From positions 16,928,001 through 16,992,000 of the forward strand of contig NC_058383.1 in assembly GCF_018350175.1 (NCBI RefSeq): DNA of 64,000 bases, written 5' to 3'. How positions within the stretch are numbered: the first letter of the stretch is position 1; each line of letters starts with the position of its first letter. A program made the position numbers and the translations under genes. Below the pieces are notes generated by a model. It searched no databases and had not been told where the DNA came from. It saw nothing but the letters and a program-made list of their open reading frames with translations. Source of the DNA: Felis catus. Lineage: Eukaryota. Shown in pieces: positions 19,500-34,074 of the stretch.

Positions 19500-21870
19500 C
19501 TGTAGTGTAAGGACTTTTTCCCCCTTGCTGCTTCCAGGATTCTTTCATTGTCTGTGTATTTTGTGAATTTGACTGATATGCCTTGGTGATGGTTAATTTT
19601 GTTTAATTTAATGGGAGTTCTCTGTGCTTTTTGGATTTTGATGTCTGTGTCCATCCCCAGATTAGGAAAGTTTTCAGCTATAATTTGCTCACATAAACCT
19701 TCTGTCTGTTTTTCTCTCTCTTCATCTTCTGGAACTCCTATGACTCAGATGTTATTCCTCTTTAATAAATCACTGAGTTCTCTAAGTGTTGTATCCCTCT
19801 TCTTATCAGCTTCATTATTTTCCATAATTTTATCTTCTACATTTCTGTTTTGCTGCTCTGCTTCATTCATCGTTGCATTCATGGCATCCATTCGAGATTG
19901 CATCTTGGTTATAGCATTTTTAATTTTGGCCTGACTAGATTTTAGCTTTTATTTTTTATCTCAGCAATATGGATTCTCTAATGTCTTCTATGCTTTTTCA
20001 AGCCCAGCTAGATAGAATACTTAAAATTGTTTTTTTTAATTCTAATTCAGACATCTTACTTATATCTGTATTGATTAAATCCCTGGCCATCATGTTTTCC
20101 TGGTCTTTCTTTTGGGGTGAATTCCTCCATCTTGTCATTTTGGGAGAAATAATAATAATAAAATTTAAAAAATTTTAAATCAAATAAATGAAGCTAGATT
20201 CTAGGTGTCTTTTTGTCTGCTTGTTAAGAGAAACTTTACAGGAAAAAGAAAAAAAGAGAAGAAAAAACATAAAAATTAAAAAATAATAAAACAAAAAATA
20301 AAATAAAAATTGGCTTTCTGTATCCAAGGGGAAAAAAAAATAGAAGCAACACAAACAAACGAACAACCTAAATGAAGCTAGATCTAGTTTCCTGTGGAGC
20401 TGAAACCTTGCAGAGCTCTATGATCAGTAGACTTAGTGCATAGAAGGGATTTGTGCTGGTCTTCTGGGGGAGGATCCTGCTGTTCTGATTCTCAGGGTGA
20501 TTGCCCTAGTGGAGATGTGCCTGGAAGGCACAGAGGGCAGGGCTTGGTATAATGGCTCCATTCTCCACTTGGTGGCACTGTTTAGCTCACTGAGGTTGAT
20601 CAGTGCTGGTGGGCTGTGAAAGTGGCTTCACCATGCTCTCTAATCTCCAGAATGGAAAGTTCAATCACCCCTTTTGTGCCCCTGGTTCTGTAAGCTCCTC
20701 GCCTTCACCCTGTCTGTTTCTGAGCTGTCTGTCTGCAGGCGGCACTACCCTCCTATGTTTTTTCTCAGAACACCACGTGGCTGGGACCTGTGCTGATCCT
20801 TTGGGGGAGGGTCTTGCCATGCTGTGGCCAGTACTGGCTTGTTCCAGAAAATGGTCGAGTGACTGCATAGTGGCAGTGGCTTGGAGTCTATGGTAAACAG
20901 CAACACACAGCTGGCACTAGTTTTTGCTGCTCTCAGCAGGAGTTCCTATACCTGTGAATGGGGTAGTTTTGTGACACCTATGGTGGTTTTTGTTTGTTTG
21001 TTTTTTGTTTTTTGTTTTTTTGTTAATTTGTTTTTTGTTTTTTGTTTTTCTTTCTTGCCTGCGGAGAGGCCTTATCCCGCTCCAAGCAGGGAAGCTGCTT
21101 CTCCCCATGCAACCCAGGGGATCCTCAGACCCTGCTGCCAGCTCCAAGGGTTTTGTCCTGCTTCCTCACTGGAGCACCTCCAGGCGCTGAGCTCATAAAC
21201 TTCAGACTCAGAACTTCACTGCTTATAAAAAACTGGCAGTTGGGGCACCTGGGTGGCTCAGTCAGATAAGTAGTCAAATTTGGCTTAGGTTATGATCTCT
21301 TGGCTTGTGAGTTGGAGCCCTATGTTGGGGTCCATGCTGACAGCATGGAGCCTGCTTGGGATTCTCTTTCTCTCTCTCCCTTTCTCTCTCCCTCTCTTTC
21401 TCTGCCTCTCCCTGACTTGTGTGCTTGCTCTCTCTCTCTCTCTCCAAAATAAATAAACTTAAAAAAAAAAACCTGGAAGTGTTGAAACTCTCCTTTGTGC
21501 CCATCAATTGTTTAGGGGACCAGTTTTTTTGTGCAGTCCCTGCACCTGTTTTTTCTCTTTCTCTATGTCTCTAGCTACTTTCAGAGGGAGTGCTTTTTTT
21601 GCAGGAACCAGATGTGCTGGTCTCTCTCCCCTTCTATCTTTGTCCTCTCCATGAAAAGGGCTCCCTCCCCTCTGTGGCACCATGGCTCTCCTCTCCTCCA
21701 GTTCACCTCTCCACACCATGTACCTGCTATATTCTCTCCCTCAAAATATGCAGATTGTTACCTTAATGCTCACATTGATTTCCTAGGTGTTCGAAATGAT
21801 TTGATGTTGGTCTAGCTGTGTTGGAAGCATGAGACAGGCCCAGGGTCCCCTTACTACCCCAACCAACTTA
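19500..21870 (-). mobile_element. L1 fragment: 5'UTR + partial ORF1 only (3' part missing)
   Basis: ORF1 remnant MDTDIKIQKAQRTPIKLNK...VKFTKYTDNERILEAARGKKSL; carnivore-type L1 5' end near 21870; a SINE is nested at 21242-21471. Confidence 0.85.
21242..21471 (+). mobile_element. Older Can-SINE nested in the L1 5'UTR
   Basis: ggggcacctgggtggctcagtc head, (CT)n, aataaataaa/A-tail. Confidence 0.85.
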
Positions 21871-23859
21871 TCTCTACCCAGGAATTTTTAAAATTTAGTT
21901 TTCTAGTTTTTATTTTTAATGGTTTTTACAACAAGAAGAATAAAACTATCATAGCTCAGTTGTGTGAACACACACACAGTGAAGTTCAAAACACACAGTG
22001 AAGTTTACTATCTCTGGCATAAGCACTGTGTTTGTGTGTTTACACAATTGAACCAACATTGAAATCAGGAGATTTCACACCACAATCTAGATTTCCAATT
22101 TGCTGTTTGGAGGAGAGGAGTGGAGGGGAAGGAGGATCAGAAAATACCCCAGTCCAGCTGCAGGATTGAAGTGGCTAGGGATGTTAACTTCAGGGCATGG
22201 GGGTGGGTGAACCCTTGGGCAGGGGCAGAGACTAGGGGATCATTTGGAAGAAAGTTGGAGGGAGTAGCTAGCCAGATCCAAGACCTGCAAAGGGAGAGGC
22301 TCAGGGATTCCCTGATCCCAGTTATTCATGGAGGGTGGGAGAGGGAGAAGGGACAAAGAAGTACAGGAATATGACAGCTCCCTCTCTAGGACACTCCCAT
22401 CTCCACCTTACTCCTGTCTGATTTTATCTCAGTGGTGTGAAGATCTCTGGGAATGTCTGAGTAGTTCCTGGTTAAGGGCTAAGAGCTCATGGCTTAAGAA
22501 TCTGATTCCTGGGACATGCCCTTAGAGCCTACCTTCCCCCACAAACTGTTACAGGTCATGGACATGCTGTGTCTCACCTCCTCTGAACTCAGATCTACTT
22601 GAGCCCTTGTGCTGCAGTTGTGCTGAGTTGGAAGGGAGGAGGGGAGAGACCGAGGCTCCATCTGGGGCCATGACTGTGAAGGACTTGGGGATGGAGAAGT
22701 TTCATGAGCTATGCAAGAGAAGTAACCCCTACTCCTGTTACCATCTCTGAGCAAAGCTCTGACCCAGAGGGACCCAGAGGGCTCACAGTTTATCCCCAGG
22801 ATCAACTGGAAGAAGCCAGGATTTGAATTCTATCATCTGTGTCTCAGGACACCTGCCACCAGAGTATCCCACATTTCTCCTCTTCTGGACCTCAGGGGTC
22901 CCACTCACACAACTCTTCTACCTCTCTCCACCAGTGTCAGCTCTCTGAGCCAACCACAGACTCTAAGATCCTAGGTGTTCCCTAAGTGATACAGAGCACA
23001 TCCATGTGTGACCTCTCCCAGGTCTGCCAACCTCCCCTATGCAGAATCCAGCTGAAGTCCAGGAGTGAAGCAAAGGGGGCCTCTGGAAGTTCAAATGTCT
23101 CCAAGTCCATGTCTCCAAGCTCAAGCAGTCAACCCCCAGGAAAGGCCACACTCAGAACCTAGGGCCTCTCAGTTTATGCAGTATAAAAAAATTGTACAAA
23201 GAAAGAGTGAGTGAATTAATTAGTGAATCTGGTTTCTAACCCAGTGACTTACTAGAAATAGCAAATTAGAAAAAGAAAAGAATGTTAGAATTAGGCAGAT
23301 GAAAGGACACACAAAAAGAAAAAGAGGAAAGAAAAGAAAAAGAAAAATTCTTCAAAAGAGATCTGCTCTTCCTCCTTCTGCCTCCCCCTTCCCTTCCCTG
23401 CCCTTCCTGAAAAATTGGGCTTTAAATCCTTTAAAGGGCAGAGAAAGACAGTCACCTACTGAGGGTGGGGTGAGACACAGTGGGCCAGTACTGTGTGTAA
23501 GCCCTGGCAGGGTAAAGAGAGTGTCCACAAGAGACAGTGGCCTAGCATGGGGTGTCAGAGCCTGACAGGGTTAGGAGGGCATCATGGAAGAGAAAGAAAT
23601 GGTAGGGGAGACAGAAGTCTGGTTAAATTGGGTATTGATCAAATAATTACATATATTAGTGTCAGAAAAGGAAGACACAAATAGGGAAAGGGAGAAAACT
23701 CAGGCAGCCCTTCTGGTTCTAGGTTGGACCTGGAGGCATCAGTGGCTTTGATTTTCAGCAAACGTATAGATACAGAAATAAATATAGATATAAATGTATA
23801 TGCATGTATATACACACGTATATGTTAACATATTCCCTAGTTCTGAAGGGTCTTGGAGC

Positions 23860-24240
23860 AATGCCATTCCAATAACAAAAAATTTTGACATGATCAACAT
23901 CAAGAGAGGGCTGAAGTGCTATTGTAGAATAATGGAAACTAAGGAGACATGACAAGTAAATGCAATATATGCTTTTGAAATCGATCTTTTTGATGTAAAG
24001 GACATTTTGGGTTAACTGATAAAACTCAAGCAGTGTCTGAGGTCCTGATAGCAATTTCCTGATTTTGATTATTGTATTGTGGTTATATAGGAGAATGGCC
24101 TTGTTTATAAGAAATACATGCTGAAGTGTTCAGAGATGATAATACATCAAGGCATCAATTTATTCTCAAATGGTTCAGGTTCTCAAATGGTTGTACTAGA
24201 TTTGCAACTTTTCTGTAAGTTTTTTGTTTCAAAAAGAATT
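23860..24240 (+). mobile_element. Old L1M (L1MC-like) 3' fragment
   Basis: gacatgacaagtaaatgcaa...tttcctgattttgattattgtattgtggttatataggagaatg...tttgcaacttttctgtaagttt. Confidence 0.6.
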
Positions 24241-24380
24241 TTAGGAAAATAATTGAAGTACTTAGTTTGAGTGCTTAGACCTACACCAGAAAAAATACCA
24301 CTGTATTAAAGGTTGAAAGAAAACTGATGTCCTTAATGGTGGCCTAGAATCATCAAAAATTTTACACTATACTAAGTAAC

Positions 24381-24413
24381 TTCATTCATTCATTCATTCA
24401 TTCATTCATTCAT
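24381..24413 (+). repeat. (TTCA)n microsatellite at an L2 3' end
   Basis: About 8 TTCA units followed by L2-like sequence. Confidence 0.85.
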
Positions 24414-25394
24414 AATCCTTTACTGAATGCTTGCCAAGTGCTAGATTCTGTGCTGTGTTCTAAGAATACATCAGTGAACAAAGTAGATGTGGTCTCAGTT
24501 CTCAAGGCTTTTTCAGTCTGAGGAATAAGTTATCATCTCTTCCCTCAAAGAACTCACAGTCTTCTTGATTCAGGCCTTAAGAACACAGAGGATAGAGTAG
24601 CTCCAGAAGACAGGTAGGCTTCCCAGAGGAGATGGGCTTCACCAGAAAGGCCCTAGGGCTTTGTTTTTTCTGTTTTCTTTCTGTTTTTTGTTTTCCATTT
24701 AAGAAAACAAGGAAATCAGTATTTCAAATAATGACACTGCATACAGATTTTGATCTGATAAGGGCAAACCCTTTCTGCAAACAATTCAGTTTCCCAAAAC
24801 ACGCCTGAATTTTTGTTGCAGTATATTAACGTGGGATTACTCTGTATTCCCTCTTTCCACTCACTTCATCTTGAGCTATGTGGGCATACTTGGAAATGAG
24901 AGTCCCAGAGCCAGAGTAATAGTTGCAAGAGTCTAGAATGGATTCCCCCAGTGGAAATCTGAGGGCTGGAGTTTGGAAACCCAGAACCCACTCTTCTGCA
25001 CATAGTTTTTTATTGATGCTTATTGGGCAGAACAAGGGGCTAGAGTTAAGGGTCTTGGTGATGTCAGAAAGATGGCGGTGGGAAATAGGGACTGGGACTG
25101 GGTATCAAAGGGAAAGGGTAGGAGATGCATAGGAAAGGCTAGCTTCACAAGAGGAGCCCACATGCTTTTGAGAATCTCAGTTTAGTCCACCTCCAGATAG
25201 CTTGCCAACTTCAGCTTGGTGAGGCCTTAACATGTAAGGAAAACCATGGTTCAGTTACATATAAGAAATGAATAGATTATTTTCTTCCTTTTTTGATTAT
25301 CTATCACTACAACATTGCCATAGGAAATCCCCATGTCTCTATCTTACTGGCCATCAGAAAACAGTCAACAGTAGTCAGTAAATGACTCCTGCAT

Positions 25395-25885
25395 CATTTC
25401 CCTAAGAGAGTTAAAACAACAAATCTTTATCATCTCCATTTCTGTGGGTCAAGAGTTTTGTCTCAGATTCACTGGGTGCCTTTGGCATCAAGGTGTCAGC
25501 CAGGACTGCAGTCATATCAAGCCTTGACAGGAGGAGTATCCACTCCTAAGATCATTCTCATAACTATTGAAGTTCTCAACAGGCCTCAGGTTCTCACAGC
25601 TATTAGCCAGAGACATAAGTTCTTTGACATGTGGGTCAATCTTTAGGATAGCTTACAACATGGCAGCTGGCTTCCAGAGACCAAGCAACCAAGATAGAGA
25701 GGACACCCAAGCAGAAGCCAATCTGTTTGTAACCTAATCTTGGAAGTGACATCCCATCATTTCTGCCACATTCTATTTGGTAAAAGGAAGTCTACTAAAT
25801 CCAGTCCACATTCAAGAAGAGGGGATTATAGGAAGGCATGAGTATTAGGAGGTAGAAATTATTGGGCCTATCTTCAAGGTCATTT
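25395..25885 (-). mobile_element. MaLR LTR (MLT1-like)
   Basis: Motifs ttctgtgggtcaagag, caaggtgtcagccaggactgcagtcat, cttacaacatggcagctggcttcc, ggaagtgacatcccatcatttctgccacattct. Confidence 0.7.
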
Positions 25886-26774
25886 TCCATACTCCTAGTT
25901 GAACTAGGAGTTCATTGACCACACACATGCCTTGTAAAATGTTTCTGTCTGTCAAATGTAACATTCTCCCTAGATCCCACCCTAATTTTGATGGTAGCAA
26001 TTTTCTAGGCTAAAAACCCTGAATGGTTTGGAAGGAAGACCTTGGCAAGGGTGAGGACATGGAGGTGTAGAACAAGTCATAGAGACACAAGGGCAAAGTA
26101 CAGAGAACTACTTCCATCACCTTCGTTGTGCATGACACTGCTGCTCTGTTCAGCAGTTGATCACATTTTCTAAGTAATTAGGCACAAGTCACTATATTCT
26201 CACATATAAGCAGATGTGAAAGTGTTTGCAACCTGGAGATTTTGAGCTTTGTCAGCACCCTGTGCAGATTTTTCTTTTTTGGAAGGAAAAATATCATTGT
26301 ACTTATTCTCCTATATGTAATTTTTCTATTGCTTCAACATTTTCCCCCTTAAAATTAGAACAACAACAAAAAATCCTAAAGCTTAGAATTGGATCACATG
26401 GACCTTTTTATTCTTATCTTCTCCCAGTTCAAAATGCTTGCATCTATTAATGACCAGCATCCCATTGGATCTGAATTAGAATCAACACATTCAATCTTTG
26501 TAAAGTCAGAAACTCTTTGGACACCTAGAAGTTTCCTGAAAATTCTTCTTTCAGTCAATCCATGCCAACCATTTTATGCCACTTTTTTTTTAACAACCCC
26601 CCATCACTTCCTCTATCTAGGCCTCAGTTTCTTCATCTGCAAAATGAGCAACAGGATTAAATGGTCTTCAAGGCCCTTTCCAGAGCTATCCTGAAATGAG
26701 TTAATGATTCTATTATATATAGGGTGCATGCTTGTAAGCAGGTGTTCTTAGTTGCATTAAACTTGGCTTTCCCA

Positions 26775-29700
26775 GGAGGAGCCAAGATGGCAGAGCAGCA
26801 TTGTGTTTCACATCCATGAAATAAAACCACATCAACACTAACCCATCATGCAAACCTAGAAAACTGATTTGAGGACTAACACAACAATCTTCACAACCTG
26901 AACCACAGAACTCAGCAGGTATGTGGCACGGAAAGGTGAACTGTGGGAGAGAGAAGCTGCAGAGGGCAGGGAGGTGTTTTTGCTTGTGGAGAGAGGACAG
27001 AGATGGGGTGGGGGAGAATATAAGAAAAGCACCTACCCCCAAAAGCAGCTGGAAATAAAGTGGAAAAGTGGAAACAGCCACAGGCACTGAACTAAAAAGA
27101 GAGAAAGGAGAAAAGAGAGGGTTTAAATTCCATTAAGACTCTATAAATAGGGGGAGTACAGAGTCTGAAACTCCACAGCTTGATATCCGGCAGTGCTCTG
27201 GTGGGAAGAGTGAATCTCCAGGAGCAGAGTGAAGTCTGGGGGTCTTTGGGCCACATGGGGAAAGGTGGTTCCCCTGCTAGGAGGACATCTGGTAGAGGCT
27301 GTGTGGATCCCCCAAAGATAAAGGCCCCAGTAGACCTGGGAGAACAACCACATTTGCTGCTCCTGGAACAAGGTCATTGAGAGTGAAGCCTGGTTCCAGA
27401 TGCATGTTGTGATTTGCCATAATCCCTGAAACACTGCTGCCACATAGTCACATTAACTTTTTCTGTGACTGAAATCCAGTCACAGTCTCTGGGCATCAGC
27501 AGCAGCACAGTCCCATGAATGTTCCTGAGTGTGGCCGGCACCCAGCCATTGTGCACTGAGACCCCCCTGCAGAGGGTCAGAACAGGTCAAAACTGAAGTC
27601 CTTCAGAACTAAGGGGTCAGGAAACACAGCCGCATCTGAGGTAAAACTCAGGAGGGAGGTGCTGCCTGGGGCTTGGTCACGGACAGTGTAAAAGCAGGGA
27701 GCTGATGGAAGCCAAAGACAAAGGATGGGTGCGTGACTGCTGATCGGGGAGAAGAGTTCCAACACTAGAGACTGGGTAGCTGGGTGACGCCATTTTCACC
27801 ACTCCCAGCATGAGCATACACACCTACAAGTGCCACAACAATCCACCACAGTAAGCTAAGCAACACCATCTAGTGGAGAACAAAGCCATTACGCTAAGCC
27901 CAGCCCAAATGGGCCAAACTTGCTCTTCAGGAACACAAGTCTCTCCGTCTGCTTGGTTTACAGACTATAAAGCACTTCATAGTTTGACATCTTGGGAAAA
28001 TGAAGTAATTTCAATCGTATTTCAGTCTGTTTGCTGGTCCATCTATTCAATTATCTTCTTTTCCTCTTTTTCATTTCTTTTCTTTTTCTTGAATACAGAA
28101 AGAGAAACAGTTTATTTTTATTTTCAATTTTTATTGAAAATATTTTTCTTTAACTTTTTTCTACTATATATTTTTCTTTTGTGTAAATTTTTTCAAATTC
28201 TATTTTACTTCCATTATTTCATTTTATTCTATTTCAGTGTATTCATTTTTTCAAATGTTTAAATCATTTACTTTCTTTTCTTTCCCATTTTTTCTCTAAT
28301 CTATCAAGCCCATTTCAACACCCAGACCAAAACACACCTAGGATATAGCATCATTTATTTGATTTTTTGTGTGTTTGTTGTTTTTAATTTTTTAATGTTA
28401 ATTTTTTTTTAATTTTAATTAAAATTTTTTTATCTTATTAATTCCTTTTCTCCATTTGAAATGATGAAACAAAGGGATTCACCCCAAAAGAAAGAGAAGG
28501 AAGAAACAACAGCCAGGGACGTAACTAACACAGATACAAGCAAGATGTCTGAACAGAATTTAGAATCACGATAACGAGAATACTAGCTGGAGTTGAAAAT
28601 AGATTAGAATCCCCTTCTGTGGAGATAAAAGAAGTAAAAGCTGGTCAGAATGAAATAAAAAATGTTATAACTGAGCTGCAATCTTGAATGGATGCCACAG
28701 CAGCAAGGATGGATAAGGCAGAGCAGACAATCAGTGATATAGAGGACACACTTATAGAGAATAATGAAGCCCCCCCCCAAAAAAAAAAGAGGGAAACTAA
28801 GGCAAAAGAGCACGATTTAAGAATTAGAGACATCAGTGACTCATTAAAAAGGAACAATATCAGAATCATAGGGTCCCAGAAGAAGAGATAGAAACAGAGG
28901 TAGAAGACTTATGTGAGCAAATCATAGCGGAAAAGTTTCCTAACCTGGGGGAAGACACAGACATCAAAATCCAGGAAGCACAGAGGACTCCCATTAGATT
29001 CAACAAAACCAACCATCAACAAAGCATAGGATAGTCAAATTCACAAAATACTCAGGCAAGGAAAGAATCAAAAAGTAGCAAGGGAAAAAAGTCTGTAACC
29101 TACAAGGGAAGACAGATCAGGTTTGCAGCAGACCTATCCACCGAAACTTGGCAGGCCAGAAAGGAATGGCAAGATATACTCAATGTGCTGAATCAGAAAA
29201 ATATGTAGCCAAGAATTCTTTATCCAGCAAGGCTGTCATTCAAAATATAAGGAGAGATTAAAAGTTTCCCAGACAAACAAAAATTAAAGGAGTTCATGAC
29301 CACTAAACCAGCCCTGCAAGAAATTTTAAGGGGGACTCTCTGAGGGAAGAAAAGATGAAAAAATATGTACATAAATACATACATACAAACATACATACAT
29401 ACCAAAAGCAACAAAGACTATAAAGGACCAGAGAACACCACCAGAAACTCCAACTCTACAAGTAACATAATGGCAATAAATTCATATCTTTCAGTACTCA
29501 CTCTAAATGTCAATGGACTCAATGCTCCAATCAAAAGACATAGGGTAACAGAATGGATAAGAAAACAAGATCCATCTATATGCTGTTTACAAGACACCCG
29601 CTTTAGACCTAAAGACATCCTCAGATTGAAAATAAGGGGATAGAGAACCATCTATCATGCTAATGGTCAACAAAAGAAAGCCGGAGTAGCCATACTTATA

Positions 29701-32700
29701 TCAGACAATCTAGACTTTAAAATAAAGACTGTAACAAGAGGTGAAAAAGGGCATTATATCATAATTAAGGATTCTATCCACTAAGAAGACCTAACAATTG
29801 TAAACATTTATGCGCCAAATGTGGTGTACCCAAATATATAAATCAATGAATCACAAACATAAAGAAACTCATTGATAATAATACCATAATAGTAGGGCAC
29901 TTCAACACCTCACTCACAGCAATGGACAGATCATCTAATCTGAAAATCAATGAGGAAACAATGGCTTTGAATGACACACTGGACCAGATGGACTTAACAG
30001 ATATATTCAGAACATTTCATCCTAAAGCAGCAGAATATACATTCTTCTCCAGTGCACATGGAACATTCTCCAGAATAGACCACATACTGGGACACAAATC
30101 AGCCCTAAATAAGTACAAAAAGATCGAGATTATACCGTGCCTATTTTCAGACCACAACACTATGAAACTCGGAATCAACCACAAGAAAAAATTTGGAAAG
30201 GTAACAAATACTTGGAGACTAAAGTACATCCTATTAAAGAACGAATGGGCTAACCAAGAAGTTAAAGTGGAAATTAAAAAGTACATGAAGGCCAATGAAA
30301 ATGATAACACCATAACCCAAAACCTCCAGGACACAGCATAGGCGGTCATAAGAGGAAAGTATACAGCAATCTAGGCCTTCCTAAAGACGGAAGAGAGATC
30401 TCAGATACACAACCTAACCTTATGCCTTAAGGAGCTGGAAAAAGAACAGCAAATATAACCCCAAACCAGCAGAATACAGAAAGTAATAAAGATTAGAACA
30501 GAAATCAATGCTATCAAAACCAACCAATCAACCAACCAACAAACAAAAAACAGTAGAACAGATCAGTGAAACCAGAAGCTGGTTTTTTGAAAGAAATAAC
30601 AAAATTGATAAACCACTAGCCAGTTTGATCAAAAAGAAAAAGGAAAGGACCCAAATAAATAAAATCAAGAATGAAAGAGGAGAGTCACAACCAATACAGC
30701 AGAAATACAGTAATAAGAGAATATTATGAGCAATTATATGCAAATAAAATGGGCAATCTGGAAGAAATGGACAAATTCCTAGAAACATATACACTACCAA
30801 AACTGAAACAGGAAGAAATAGAAAATTTGAACAGACCCATAGCCAGTAAAGAAATCGAATTAGTAATCAAAAATCTCCCAGAAAACAAGAGTCCAGGGCC
30901 ATATGGTTTTCCAGGGGAATTATACCAAACATTTAAGGAAGAGTTAACACCTATTCTCTTGAAGCTGTTCCAAAAAATAGAAATACAAGGAACACTTCCA
31001 AACTCTTTTTATGAAGCCAGCATTACCTTGATTCCAAAACCAAAGACCCCACTAAAAAGGAGAACTATAGACCATTTTACCTGATGAACATGGATGCAAA
31101 AATCCTCAACAAGATATTAGCCAACCTGATTCAACAATACATTAAAAAAATTATTCACCACAACCAAGTGGGATTTATATCTGGGATTCAGGGCTGGTTC
31201 ATTATCCGCAAAACAATTAAAGTGATTCATTACATCAATAAAAGAAAGGACAAGAACCACATGATCCTCTGAATAGATGCAGAGAAAGCATTTAACAAAA
31301 TACAGCATCCTTTCTTGATAATAACCCTCAAGAAAGTAGGGATAGAAGGATCATACCTGGGGATCATAAAGGCCATATATGAATGACCCAAAGCTAATAT
31401 CATCCTCAATGGGGAAAAACTGAGAGCTTTCCCCCTAAGGTCAGGAACAAGACAGGGATGTCCACTCTCACCACTGTGATCCAACATAATATTGGAAGTC
31501 TTAGCCTCAGCAATCAGACAACACAAAGAAATAAAAGGCATCCAAATCAGCCAGGAAAAGGTCAAACTTTCACTCTTCACAGATGTCATGATATTCTATA
31601 TGGAAAACCCTAAAATTCCACCAAAAAACTGCTAGAACTGATCCATGAATTCAGCAAGGTTGCAGGATATAAAATCAATGCACAGAAATCGGTTGCATTC
31701 CTATACACCAAAAATGAAGCGACAGAAAGAGAAATCAAGGAATCGATCCCATTTACAATTGCACAAAAAAACCATAAAATACCTAGGAATAAATCTAACC
31801 AAAGAGGTGAAAAATCTATACTCTGAAAACTATAGAAAGCTTATTAAAGAAATTGAAGAAGACACAAAAAAATGGAAAAAGATTCCATGCTCCTGGATAG
31901 GAAGAACAAATATTGTTAAAATGTCAATACTACCCAAAGAAATCTACATATTCAATGCAATCCTTATAAAAATAACACCAGCATTCTTCACAGAGCTATA
32001 ACAAACAACCCTAAAATTTGTATGGAATAAGAAAAGACCCTGAATAGCCAAAGCAATCTTGTAGAAGAAAGCCAAAGCAGGAGGCATCACAATCCTGAAC
32101 TTCAAGCTGTATTACAAAGTTGTAATCATCAAGACAGTATGGTACTGGCATAAGAATAGACACTCAAATCAATGGAACAGAATGGAGAACCCCGAAATGG
32201 ACCCACAAACGTATGGCCAACTAATCTTTGACAAAGCAGGAAAGAATATTCAGTGGAATAAAGAAAGTCTCTTCAGCAAGTGGTGCTGGGAAAACTGGAC
32301 AGCGACATGCAGAAGAAGGAATCCAGACCACTTTCTTACACCATACACAAAAATAAACTTAAAATGAATGAAAGACCTAAATGTAAGACAGGAAGCCATC
32401 AAAATCCTCAAGGAGAAAGCAGGCAAAACCTCTTTGACCCTGGCCACAGCAACTTCTCACTCAACATGTCTCCAGAGGCAAGGGAAACAAAAGCAAAAAT
32501 GAACTACTGGGACATAATCAAAATGAAAGGTTTCTGCACAGCTAAGGAAACAATCAGCAAAACTAAAGGCAACCGACAGAATGGGGGAAGATACTTGCAA
32601 ATGACATATCAGATAAAGGGTTACTGTCCAAAATCTATAAAGAACTTGTCAAACTCAACGCCCAAAAAACAAATAATCCAGTGAAGAAATGGGCAAAAGA

Positions 32701-33529
32701 CATGACGACACTTTTCCAAAGAAGACATCCAGATGGCCAACTGACACACGAAAAAATGCTCCACATCACTCATCATCAGGGAAATACAAATCAAAACCAC
32801 AATGAGATACCACCTCACACCTGTCAAAATGGCTAACATTAACAACTCAGGCAACAAGAGATGTTGGCAAAGATGTGGAGAAAGAGGATCTCTTTTGTAT
32901 TTCTGGTGGAATGCAAACTGGTGCAGCCACTCTGGAAAACAGTAAGGAGGTTTCTCAAAAAATTAAAAATAGAACTACCCTACGACCCAGGAATTCCACT
33001 TCTGGGTATTTTTCCACAGGATAGGTATGCTGTTTTGAAGGGGGCACATGCACCCCAATGTTTATAGCAGCACTATCAACAATAGCCAAAGTATGGAAAG
33101 AGTCCAAATGTCCATCAATGGATGAATGGATAAAGAAGATGTGGTATATGTATATACAATTTGGTATTACTCGGCAATTAAAAAGAATGAAATCTTGCCA
33201 TTTGCAACTACATGGATGGAACTAGAGGGTATTATGCTAAGCGAAATTAGTCAGAGAAAGACAAATATCATATGGCTTCACTTGTATGAAGACTTTAAGA
33301 CATAAAAAAGATGAACACAAGGGAAGGGAAGGGAAGTAAAAATAATATAAAAACAGGGAGGGGAACAAAACAGAAGAGACTCTTCAGAGAACAAAGAGTG
33401 TTACTGGAAGAATTATGGGGGGGTGGGCTAAATGGGTAAGGGGCTTTAAGGAATCTACCCCTGAAATCATTGTTGCACTATATGCTAACTAACTTGGATG
33501 TAAATGAAAAAAAAAAATGGAAAAAAAAA
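26775..33529 (+). mobile_element. Full-length (~6.75 kb) carnivore L1, inactivated
   Basis: 5' GGAGGAGCCAAGATGGC (YY1 site). ORF1 ~28461-29343. ORF2 from ~29470: endonuclease TLNVNGLNAPIKR; RT fragments [14 protein letters not shown] and [13 protein letters not shown]; many stops and frameshifts. A-tail; imperfect TSD aaacttggctttccca (26759-26774) / aaatcttgtctttccca (33527-33543). Confidence 0.95.
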
Positions 33530-33544
33530 TCTTGTCTTTCCCAC

Positions 33545-33850
33545 TACTTTGGGTGACATTTGACACCCAGATTCTATTCTTACCTTCTAATGACCCTCTT
33601 TGGACTGTAAATGTTGGAAAACTAAATACTACATTTCCTGCATCCCTTTGCACATTAGGTTCTTCCATCTAGATGTCCTTGCATGAGATTTAGAAGGGGG
33701 AACTGAAACAGGAGCCATTTTCTTACTACTATTGGCTATTTTCTGATGACTAGTAAGGTAGAGGAGAGTAAGCATGGGAGTCTTCTGTAGCAATATTGCA
33801 GTATCCAATCTCCTGCCTTTTGGGTTTTAAGAGGCAGGTTGGAGGTAATG
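33545..33850. mobile_element. Old ERVL-type LTR fragment (LTR16-like) flanking the L1
   Basis: aaaactaaatactacatttcctgcatccctttgcacattagg resembles LTR16-family cores (from memory). Confidence 0.45.
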
Positions 33851-33858
33851 AAGCAACC

Positions 33859-34074
33859 TTTTTTAAAAATGTTTATTTGTTTATTTTGAGAAAGAGATAG
33901 AGATTATGAATGGGGGAGAAGGAGGGAGTAGGGGAGAGGGAGGATCCCAAGAAGGTTCCCCCTGTCAGCACAAAGCCTGTCCTGGGGGCTTGATCTCACA
34001 ACTCAGGTCATGAGATCATGACCTGAGCTGAAATCAAGTCAGTCACTTAACCAACTTAGCCACCCAGGCACCCC
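33859..34074 (-). mobile_element. Older Can-SINE
   Basis: Reverse head gccacccaggcacccc; degenerate TSD tgaagca(a/g)cct. Confidence 0.85.

Noticed and set aside
21968..24193. Short direct duplications (acacacagtgaagtt x2; ttctcaaatggtt x2)
   Set aside because: Ordinary slippage events within old repeats.
28461..33300. L1 ORF1/ORF2 as active genes
   Set aside because: Numerous stops and frameshifts; the same holds for the minus-strand L1.
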